Source: Fimbriosthenelais zetlandica (lineage: Eukaryota). Taken from it: a stretch of DNA of 64,000 nt. The translations under genes and the position numbers were made by a program. The stretch lies in NCBI GenBank assembly GCA_977030845.1, contig OZ365114.1, forward strand, positions 14,818,001 to 14,882,000. The letters run 5' to 3'. Numbering within the stretch: the first letter of the stretch is position 1; each line of letters begins with the position of its first letter. This document shows positions 26,301-38,300 of the stretch, piece by piece. Under the pieces are notes generated by a model. The model had not been told where the DNA came from. It worked only from the letters and a program-made list of their open reading frames with translations, and searched no databases.

Positions 26301-29300
26301 CATTGCAATACCACAAAATCACCCCTAGCCATGTAGGACTATTCTTTCTCTTGATTGGATTATCTGTATCCAACTTTTGTCCCTGCAAAAAGCTACCGTG
26401 TAAAGCTTCCAAAAAGGCAACTTCATTCCTATAATAAAATCATTTTTAAGGAATGTTTATTGGATTGCATGCCAAATCCAAGTTGACTTGTCTGGCCAGA
26501 TGCTCTTACGTTGATTGGATGATTCAATGAGGATTGGTGTAAATCATCTGTATTCAGCACTGAGAGTCCTCTCCATATCTGTATCAGATCAGTTGGGAAC
26601 TGGACTAAGCCACAGTGAATAGCTTTTCCTTCTTACCACTACCCCTTGGCACATAGTTTCTGCTGAAGATTTCATGCAATATTGTTTAGAAGAATTATGT
26701 GCAGTTCCTCTCAAGTCTTCTTCCCCCATCTGTTCAAACACGTGGCATTTATTCAAGGGAAAAGAAAATTTCAAAATAATATCCAGAGACAAGAACACTA
26801 CACATGCCTGCTCGTCCGTCCCTCTGGTTATCTTTGATCCTTGTCAATATTGATTTGCAGGTATTAAATTATCACCTTGCCTTTTCCCTCCGCCTATGAT
26901 GTTGACGCAAGGGGCCAGCGTTTATGGCGACTTGAATATCAATGGGCCTCCTTTATGGAAAAAAGCCCACTGGCTGACTGGATGACCAAATATTCCATAG
27001 CGTTGAACCACTTCAAACTCCGCATCTGTCAACCTCGAGTGGCGTATTCGTAATATTTCCCTTGGTTTTCTTTCTGAAATGAACACTTTTCAGACAGACC
27101 TACAACCTTCAGTGGTCGTATTTGAACCAGGGAGGACTTGAATAAGTTTGGGTTGTGCAAACACTCGCCATTTCCAAAGAGCAATGTTGTGAATATTTGG
27201 TCGACCGTGTTATGTGTGTTTGTGTTGTTTCTGGCAGGATTAAACTCTTTTCGACATGGCTGTTTTAAAACGAAGTAAACCACCAAATGTACTACGTAGG
27301 ATTTTTTTATAGGATGGAATCCCTCTGTTGGCCATATTACATACACAAAAATATAATAACCTCTGATAAATATAAATTCAAGTCAGTTAGGTTCAAGAAT
27401 ATGAGAAGTTGAAGGCTTACCAAAACTTAGCATGGTTTAGATTAGATGTTTCCTTATTGAAATCCATCCTAGTCAGTGACATATAGCCAGTTTTTTAGTA
27501 TTTGAGTATTAAAAACACATACAAATTAGTTGACATTGAGCTAAAACACACATTAAAATTAGTAAACATTGAGTTAAATTGGAATTGAGGGTTAAATTCC
27601 GAATTAGGTTTACATTGGGAGTCAGGGTCATTTTTGGCGTTAGGGTTGAATTGGACATGAGGGTTATATTGGATATGAGGGTTATATTGGATATGAGGGT
27701 TAAATTTGAAATGAGGGTTAAATTGGAAATGAGGGTTAAATTCGGAATCAGGGTTACATTGGGAGTTAGGGTTATTTTGGGAGTTAGGGTTACTTTGGGA
27801 GTTAGGGTTGAATTGGACATGAGGGTTAAATTGGAAATGAGAGCGTTCTGCCACTTGCCAAGCCGTTCCCTGACTTGAAAGTCTCATATAGAGTGTACAC
27901 AGAGCCTTCTGCCACTTGCCAGGCCGTTCTCTGACTTGAAAGTCTCATATAGAGTGTACACAGAGCGTTCTGCCACTTGCCAGGCCGTTCCCTGACTTGA
28001 AAGTCTCATATAGAGTGTACACAGAGCGTTCTGCCACTTGCCAGGCCGTTCCCTGACTTGAAAGTCTCATATAGAGTGTACACAGAGCGTTCTGCCACTT
28101 GCCAGGCCGTTCCCTGACTTGAAAGTCTCATATAGAGTGTACACAGAGCGTTCTGCCACTTGCCAGGCCGTTCCCTGACTTGAAAGTCTCATATAGAGTG
28201 TACACAGAGCGTTCTGCCACTTGCCAGGCCGTTCCCTGACTTAAAAGTCTCATATAGAGTGTACACAGAGCGTTCTGCCACTTGCCAGGCCGTTCCCTGA
28301 CTTGAAAGTCTCATATAGAGTGTACACAGAGCGTTCTGCCACTTGCCAGGCCGTTCCCTGACTTAAAAGTCTCATATAGAGTGTACACAGAGCGTTCTGC
28401 CACTTGCCAAGCCGTTCCCTGACTTAAAAGTCTCATATAGAGTGTACACAGAGCCTTCTGCCATTTTCTAGGCTGTTCACTGACTTGAAAGTGAAAGGTC
28501 AGTTTTTTTTTGAAAACCATTTAAAAATATATATACCAAATCGGCCCCAATCACTTTGAAACATTTTAAAACGATCGAAGTTTACAAAACTTCGGTCCCT
28601 ATATCAATCCTGAATTTTGATCATCAAAAACATAATGTTATCAAATTCTTCTGAATGTTGTGGATCCAACATCTGATTTTCACTGCAGGAACAACGAAAG
28701 AAATAAACAACGGCATACATTAACTCCGGAAAGTGAAATTTCCTGGCGTTTAAAACATTTTCCCCCAACATTAACTTTCAAGGTTAAGTTTCAATCTGAA
28801 CAAAATTCTTCGCCCATTAAGTTTTTCTCACCCTTTAATTTCCCCTCCAGGTTGAGGAAAATCTGTCTGCTTGCCGTGATTTGTTTGATGCATTCCGCCG
28901 TGACATTTTCCCTGGCTAAAACAATAAGGACGGGTTGCCATAGAAACTGATCCCTGGGGCTAGATTTACTAGGCGAGGTTTCCTGTCTGTTCGTCCTCTC
29001 TGGCATTGAGCATCGTTATAGATGTGTTCGTTTTGCAATTAGTGCCTCCTCTAAGTGCTGGGAAAACCTAGGGTATATCTTGGAGAACAAAACATCTTTA
29101 AATTAGGATACGTTTATGAAGTATTTTCTGTTGGAGCACGTCATGAATTTAAGGTGATCATGAAAATCGGTAACTTATTACGTTGAGCTTCTCCTCAATG
29201 AATAAACTGTAGGTAAAACATAATCTAAATTGCCCAAAACTATTGTACACTTTACATTTTGCACAAGGATTCTTAAAATCTTTTCAAATGTAGACAAAGG

Positions 29301-32300
29301 AATATTTTTAATTGCTGAACTTCTTTGTTTAGATTTGTGCTATTGCCATGGTGTAAAACCACCATTCAGATATGTTTTTCCAGTTAGTTTTAAATATGTT
29401 TTCTGTAACGCTAGTCATCAAAGCATTATGCCTTCTGATTTATCAATGGCAGTTTGATTATTTGCAGCTACGATCCTATTATGACAAGTGCATATTAAAT
29501 GAATTATTGTCTCCAACGTGAAGCACGTGGGGGCATATTTTTGGTGGTTAATATCCCTGCCAACTTTAGATCACAATGGCTTTAATGCTTGATGGTGGTA
29601 CCAATGACACAAATCAAGTTATTGCCACGCAGTTTGGAGGTATAAATCTCGCTTATATTTCATATTCAGCGCCTGTCACATTGCCTTGTTTCAGGCAGAC
29701 ATAACAGCTTTCTGAGGACGGCCATTTTATCTGCCTCTAGAAGCGGTAATCATCCTTCATCCAATACCGTAACGAGGTTAATAATGCTCTAACTTCCGGT
29801 TGGCAGATGCCTCACCGCGGTGTCCAAAATGGCGGCCGATTTATTATTCCACCGGAAGAACCCTCCCAGGGCGGACCATGCATTATATTCCGCTCTCTGT
29901 TTTTTGTACAGAATGAGACCTTTTTTGTCTTTTTCCTAGACAAGAGAATGATCGGGCATGTTATACTCAAAAGTAGGAGAGTTATATGTTTCCTAGGAAA
30001 ACATTTAGGATGAAATAGCAAAAGTAGCCTGACTAACTTTAATTTTAATGGTATCAGTTATGTAAAGTTGTATGAATAATTATGCAGCTATGCGAATATT
30101 GCAATATATCATTGCTTAAAATGAGATGGGTTTAGTATGTATAAAGGACGGCTAATGTTGGTCTAAAGTATTGCATATTGCATGACAAAAGAAATGCATA
30201 TAAAAGCTCTGCACATTGTGCTTCAAGCACATGCATATAAAAGCTATTTCTTCCACCAATTCTGTAATGCAGCATCCTTTCAGACTGAGAAGAATTGAAT
30301 GCTAGAAGAATTGAAGAAAAACTACACTGTGGTTTTGTTCAATTAATCAAATGGAAAAATTATTCTGCAAATAGCTTGCTAAGTGTGATGATTATGATGA
30401 ATCATAGTCTTCCATAATCTTTCCACAAACTGGAGCAAATTGAAACAATCAGACATCCCACCATATGCTGCGTTCTTTCGAAGCTCGCTCCTTTAAAGAA
30501 AATGCAATAATGGCGCAAATGAATCCAGTCCATTAATACTAATTGTTCTAAAATTCACGGAAACTGGTTTTTATACCCCAGCCACTAGGATTTTGTGGGA
30601 GTATGAAGCGAGGCAGAGTTAGAGATATCAAACAGACTCTGCTAGCTTCATTAGTGATGCTCATTAGAGGAGGAAATAAAAATTGATATGCCTAATGAAG
30701 ATTAAGAGTATTGGAGAAAATCTGAAAAATTAAGGAAATACTTTTCATCAGCTGGCGGCAGCTGAACTAACATAATTTCCAGAAAATATCTATCCTTTTC
30801 TCATAGTTGAAAGGTTGGAAGAGTATCGACAGACGGGAAAATATATGCCATTATAACTTTATATGCTCTAAAATTATTGTATATGCCTAATAAATTGCCT
30901 TATAAATTGATTATAATTATGATGTATAAGTACAGTATAACGCTGCTTGAATGATTAGTTTTTTTCGCGTGGCTACTGTCATATGATCTCAAATTGTCAG
31001 GTGCTCATGTCATACGGTTGATATCAAAACTGATTGTTGAGCGATTTTTTTTAGATTGCTGCTGAGCAAACCATAGAATCTGTATAATATGAGACAGGAT
31101 GGGGCTTGGCGATGTCAGAATGGAACATGATGTATTATGCATACAGTCTCTATGGAGGTCCATACGTGCCACATATGGATGCGGGCATAAAAGGAAGCAA
31201 TGGTGATGCCATCATGGTATATTATACAGGCTTCCCTCGCACGGTCAAGGAATGTCCTCCGGATTACTCATTTTGCGCGCAGCCCCACGATTCCTTGTAA
31301 ACTAGATTACGAGGAGCCCCATTCTGGGATCCAATCTCCCGGCCTGATAAAAAGATGATAAGCCTACTGTCGGCCTGTCCCCTCGCCTGACCCCGGGGAG
31401 GCGGTTGGAGAATGTGCCTGCCCTGTGGGTCTTACCCTGGGCTGAATTGCTGACAAACGAGCCAACATAATGCAGTTCCAGCAAGGCGGTGACATCCCAC
31501 CATCCCACACGTCACCACCTCGCCAGCCAACGATCATCATCCCTCTCAGAAGGATCATCATCCCCCTAAAAAAGTGCATGGGTAAGGCTTCCATCCTCCA
31601 CCACAATCAGACGCCTCTGCCTCCCACCCGTCTCAACCCCCCACTACACATTCTCACCAGTCAAAACACTATCATTTTCAAATCAATCTCCACCTGATAG
31701 GGCCGCCGTAATTCAATTACCAACAATGATGTGACCTTCCAGGGACCATCCCACCAAATGTCATTTCAGGACTGAACAATTGTGCCGCTATGTTTGCCCG
31801 GTCCAAGCGTTGATTGCTAATTGTATATGGACTTTCGGTCAGTCCTCAGGTGGTGCCTTATAGGCCATGAGTCAAGGGGGAAAGAAGCTGAAGAGAATGG
31901 CTGAATCAGGTTCAGGTTGAGTGGAATGTCCACATCAGGGTCAGTATGAATCAGGGGCCACCCAACCTTTACACTGGGAACTTCACCCTGCACTCCCCGC
32001 CGCTGGTCACACGTGCCTCTTATCTCCCCTCTGATTGGCTGTTTTCTGCCGCAGGAGGGCGTGAGAGATGATCATATCAAAGAGCAGTGATCTAGAGGGG
32101 GGAGGAAGTGAGACAATGGAGGCCTCGATAGGATGTGTCCTCAAGCCACTGAGGTTGAAGGGAATTAGGGGCTCCCCGGAGATGCCTTGCTATAAGGCAC
32201 TCCTATAAATCATTGCCCTGCTAGTCACTCTAGCTGGGATCAGGGGGGACAAATCGATTTCCTATTTTCTCGCTGTGAAGAATTCCATGGAGCATCCTTG

Positions 32301-35300
32301 CCATCAAGGCGAGGGTCTTGTTTTTCCTGTTCCTCCACAAACCGTTGCAGATTTATGAGAATGGCATCTTGAGTGACAGAGCGAGAGCGCTTGGCCGTAC
32401 ATGCAACACTGGTCGTGATTGAAATGCATTCCCTGATAACACATAACACACGCCCTACTTGATGTGTGTCGTATTTATGGACATGTATTGTTGATCGATC
32501 GAAACTACTCCACGATAACATTCCTCACTCGCATTGCAAGAGTGTCTGAGAAGAAGACTATTGCTCGATCTTTCCTCAGTTACTGAAATGTGCCATATTA
32601 AATATGAATCAAATTTTGTTCATTCGACTGAAGCCTTTAAAAGTGAGTCACAATCATACCCACACATTTTCAGCTTCTTTTCCCTTGGTTGATCCATTTC
32701 AGATAATTTAATAGCATTTGCCATACATTAGATGGTCTTTGATCATGTTAAGTACTCCATATGCCTCTCATATTCAGTGTACACCAAGTCTTGCTTGGTG
32801 CAAATGACATGAGAACATAGTGATATATATCAAACTGATTATTCACTGCATGTGACGTTATACATATAGTCACAAAGATTACAATAGGATGTTATTAGGA
32901 GCCACGGGAATGTAGTATCAGATAATTGTATAATAGCACCACTTGTTATTTGGCCTAGTGACTGATAAGAACGTTCAACTACCACAACAAAGGTGCTTAT
33001 CCTGGCTACATTTTTAACCACCCAAATGCCATGAACCGAAGTCTATATGCATTCCATCGTTGCACTGTTTTGATATGGACAGTTGTATTGCCAACCTCAA
33101 GGAAAGTTTTCTTTAAAATATGTTACCTTTTTTCATTTCACACAGAGGCTATGATAATGGCATGCAATATAGCACTTTGTACTTGTATTTCGTACTTTGT
33201 ATTTCATACGAAGAACATCATTATGAAGTAGCATTTCAAAGAGTGACCCTGAATAAGCCGAGTGGCATGTTTACTGTTTGACATTTGACTTGAAATAAAA
33301 TGATTTGAAAAGAAGATGAAGAAAATAATTACTTTCCATGACAGGGAAGTAAATAGCATGATAGATTAAATTGCTGTCACAAATTGACTGTCAACAGAAC
33401 TTCATTTGAAATGGGTGATGCATAATTTACTTTCGCTTTATATGACATGGCCCACATTATATAAATATGAGCGATTAAATAGGCATTTTGTATGCCCAAG
33501 CTGAGCGAATGTATACACAATTATTGTTGTACATCCTACAATTGACTAGTAATACTGATCTATATGTTGGAAGTTTTTAAATGATAAAGTTTCCAATGGA
33601 AGCTTTGTTTTGTTCAAGGATAGGCTGCCTCTGCATATTTGTCAAGCAGCTTCTCATATATATATATAGTTGGTTGCCTTGAGTATTTCTGGCATTTATT
33701 GATGTGAAAGTCCTGAAGTAAATCTTACAGCTTTTCACCTGTGGCACACCCTGACCGGCCCTATATATAAAGCTAGATCCTCTATAGTGCAGGGGGAATC
33801 ATAGCCCTGGGTTATTTACATTCCCTTTAAATAACTTTACTGGGCCTTGGGGGGCAATGAAAAATTCACAACAGACGGAAACTGGCATGAGTTGCTACAT
33901 GGTGCAGGTTGTCCCCTTTGACTGTATAGAATGGAAACAGGTCGTATGGCAAAGCACCAAACACTTGTACAATACTTTGTTTTCAGCATATTTAATCCCA
34001 CACTTCTGTCCTTAAAGTCCAAAATCAAATCTAAAAGAATCACCAGGTACATCTTTCTCCTCCTGAGAAGATGATTATAACTAGTAATAATGTTCTATTC
34101 TTGAGAAGAAATGTCCCGGGCGTTATTTAAATGAAAGTTTATTTATCAAATGTTCACTTCAAAGCACTCACTCGTCTTGGGAAATCATTCACTGTCAAAT
34201 CAGTTCTATACTCTAGCTTACAACATTAAGTTTTAAAAAAGACGCTAAATATGCCCGAGGTCTATAGGTACTTTTCTAATCAGGGAGTCTGTTCATTTCC
34301 AATTCAAATGACATTCAGACGTAAGTTATCATGACGTCTAACAGACTGCCTGAATGAGCTATGTTGACATAGTAATTTTCTCTGATTCATTTTGCGCCCC
34401 AGGTCCCTAGTTCAAGTCAAGCCTAGGGACTCATGGTCTCCATCGACTCAATACAAATACTATCAGGGGAATAGCCTGACGGAGCCCCTGTCTTCAGCAT
34501 ATGAATCATTGAAAAGTCCCCCTCCTTCCCTATTAATTGTCCAAAGACTTTGACTATCCTTGAGTCCAAGTAGGCCTACTGCTGGAAAGCAATGTTACCC
34601 TCGTGCAACTTCTCAAATACTAGTAGTGTGGCCCACGCAGCTTGCTGAAAAGCTATGATTCCCTCGTGCAACTTACTATTTGTAATTACAATTTATCATA
34701 TACTATTGTGTTACAGTAAGCCATGTTGCTTGCTGGAAGACAATGTTGCCCTTGTGCACTCACACTTGCAATTACACTTTCTAATAAGGCACTATAATAG
34801 TGTGACCACGTGCAGCTTGAATGGTTAATTTTCAGCTGGTTTGGAACAAAGCTTGTCCTGAGTATGAGTTATCGCGTGAAAGATCTAAAAATCCCTTGAA
34901 AGTGGCTCATTGTGCACTTCTGGTGCCAGTCCCCCAAAACCATCAATCGATTTAGAGCCATAAATCAGACAAATTGCCTTCCTATATATTACACTGGTTT
35001 TCGTCAGCAAGCCTTTAGCCAATCCCAAAGCTGTGGGAATGCAATCTGTGCAGCGAGATTTATTCCTCTTGCAGCAATGAATCTTTCTCTTGTCGCAAGA
35101 CAATTTTCACCCTTCATCGGGGTATGCCAGAAAAAGATAGCTCAGTATAAAATCAGTATAGTTGCCACCAAACTCAAAGCTGTTGAGTAGTACATCACCA
35201 CGGGATAATTTATTTCCCAATATCCATCCAAACTGAGATAGCAAAGGCTCTATTTGCCTAGATCTAAATTCCCGTTTCAAAATTTGCCTCGACCAACATC

Positions 35301-38300
35301 CAATTTCATACGTGGCTATCTCCCTATGCAACCATCATTACTGTGTCTGCATGACCCTGACGGACTTGACGTGACATGCCTGGCCTCTAGCGAGTGTTGC
35401 GTGATCTAATATTCAGTAGCAGGGATTTCCTATTTGTCACATCCGATAGGACCTGCTTCACTGACCAGGCCCACAACACCCACCTTGCCCTATAGCGGCC
35501 TCATAAAGCTAGCCCCATGCGGGAGACTTGCGTCAGCCAAAATCCAATCCCATGCGTCTGAAACACAATAGTGTCTTGAAATGTGTCGGGCTCTTCCTCC
35601 AGTGTGTCAATGAATTCGACCAACAAGGCGGATACATGGTCAAAGTGTTTGGGGTTTGAAAATGTTATATGAACCTCAAACGCCAGTAAAAAAACGCTCC
35701 AATTAGGCCCAGTAAGCATTGTGTTCATATCAAAGTTTGTCCTTTAGACACCATTTTTTTTAAAAACTTGTATCTTCCGCTCCATATGCTTCTTTGTAAT
35801 ACTAGTCCTGTAATACTAGCCTTTCTTTCTTATCTATCTCTCCATATGCTTACTTGTAATACTAGCACGTGTAACACTAATCTTCTCTAATCTTCCTTAT
35901 TAGCAACATAAAGTTCACTGAATGTACATGGTCTCCGATGAAGCCACTTTGTATACTTCCCGGAATGCTGGCCTTGCTAGATATCTGACGGAAACTAGGA
36001 CAATAAAATAACTATAAAAACTACGAGTTATCTCTGGCAATGTCTCTGGTCTTTGAGCAAATGTTTCTTGTGACATACCATTCTGTGTGAAATGCTTGTA
36101 GATATGCAAAGCGCGAAAGCTTATGATAGGCATGGCGTTCAGCTATATATACACCTCAGAAAAAGAGACACACTTTAGTGTGAGGCCACCTTATCTTGAG
36201 TATGCCATTGCTGCCAACAACCTTGCAGCTAGAAGCTATAGACAATGAGATAACACCATGGTCCCGAGATGTCCAACCTTGGACAGAAACACTTTCTACT
36301 TGTTTGTAAAAGATCAATGAGAAGTTTTATTGATTTAAAAAGATCTTAAGATCCCCTGACAGAGGTTGCCTAGCTCCCTTGTAGTTTAGAATAGAAAGTG
36401 GTCGGAAAAAATACAACTGATGGAGATTTCATTAGATATGGTGAGGCACATGTAGCTTAATGGAAGCCCTGCTGGGATTCGGCCTCATGTGATAGATCCT
36501 GCAGCTGAAAGGAGAAAAATCAAATGGAGGTCTTGATTGGGGAAGCCCCGGCAATGGTGGTAATTAGAAACTGAGTTATCTCTCTCATTCTTCCTGTGGA
36601 AACAAGAACCTGATCTTCAGTGTCCAGTTTCACTGCACAGGAAACCAAACGTATCAAACCCACGGCTCTATTCAGTTAGGACCTTTTTCCGGATCAGCTG
36701 ATTTTCATAAAGTATGCCAAGCATATCTTTGGGATCGATAATTTCTCTACTGAAATCACCAAGGGGGGGTAAGACATGACAGGTCCCTCAATCAGCTGTG
36801 CATGAGACATACCGTGTTCTACATGGTGATGAATCTCTCTCCCTCATGTCTGTCAGTCTCCATCCATATGGCCCCCTCCTCTTCACTCCTCCGTCTATGT
36901 ACCCGGATGACCCCGCCTCTTCGTATTAACCTCTAATAAAACTGAACTTCGTTAAGACCTCAGGGTCAGGACCTTGGGGAGAGATGTTTCTTGTCAGCAT
37001 TAGGAATTTACTCGGTTCATCTGATTAATATGTAGATGGTCGGGCAATGAATGTCGGTTCTCATGACCGCCCCTCTAACGCATCGCCATGGTTATGTCCC
37101 CACGCCTCGTGGACCTCGTGATAAAAGGACCAACTTTCACCTCATTGAGCAGACTGCTTGATAGTCCACAATGAACTCCCATCTGGCCTCATTACTCTCT
37201 GACCCATACAAATTATGATATCCCCATCTTCCATTGTCGCTGATGATATTATAAACTTGGCCGTCTTGATAACAATGCCGTGACAGATTGTGAAAGATAT
37301 GATGCACACTTTAGATGGATGGTCCAAACACACCCTCTCCTTTGTAATTGAGAGGGTCAAAAGGGAAATAAACGGTTCAAAGTTAAAGTCCGTGATTGAA
37401 CTTTCAAATGGGCCACATGGACACATTAGGTTTTGTATGACCATGGACCTATAAGCAAGGAACCATGTTGACTGTTGACTCTCCATGCAATTCTTGTGGC
37501 ACACTGATGGACTATAGCGCAGCCCCCAATTGCTTAAGTCTTCCTTTCAATGAAACCTCCAGTGGAGTCCCCTGGGCTCCCGTAATGTACACCCGCTGCT
37601 GTTTTATGCTCTGACTTCTCTTGCATTACCAATCAACACTCTACTCCCTAGCCCCCACGTGGCCTGCCCAATATTCCCACAGCTCAAGGACAATCCATGT
37701 CTTCCACCTTTATCTCCCGTCTCCGACCTCAGCTTGGAGGTCACGGCTGCTTGACCCCCTGATGAATTGCCTTCCTCAAACGCCCCCTTGTGGCTCTTGT
37801 TGGTGGTACCTGCGGTGAAAACATTTAACAGTGGACCCCCGTGGTGTTAGGCGAAATGTCTTCCTCGCTAACAAGGTGCCGATCCTCACTTCAACTCTAT
37901 CAGCCAGGGCTGTGGGGAAGTCTACTGATGTGCTTGCCCTAATGACCCAAGTTACCTGATTCTGACTGGGCCTGCATCATTAGAGATTACTCTATAGCAC
38001 TGCCTTTCAAAGCCTCTTTTCTAAAGGGCCACACCCAATCATTCTCCAACTTGAATGGACTCCAAAAGGTGAAAATTGCTTTGGACATTGAGCAGCCAAT
38101 TTCTTGGAGACTACCAAATTAAGATCTGTTGAGTTCAGACTTAGTATCTCTTTAGTAATTCAGACAAAACCATTTCAGGTTATACGTTCCTAATATCATA
38201 TGATACTTAGATAATATTGTGAGATATGGACCATATTGTCACACATATTGAACGCCAGAAAGTGAAATATAAATGTCATCTTAGCCGAAGGCTACAGAGG

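Noticed and set aside
27495-27887. ORFs with 6-aa periodicity (FNPHVQ..., NLTLIS..., MRVKLE...)
   Set aside because: They are translations of the 18-bp array, open in several frames on both strands, with no splice or start context.
27840-28491. 61-bp array as a CRISPR array
   Set aside because: Head-to-tail repeats with no unique spacers and no cas genes, in a eukaryotic intron.
34885-35331. Two collinear - strand ORFs separated by one stop (possible decayed TE or pseudogene)
   Set aside because: No RT, transposase or other recognisable motif.
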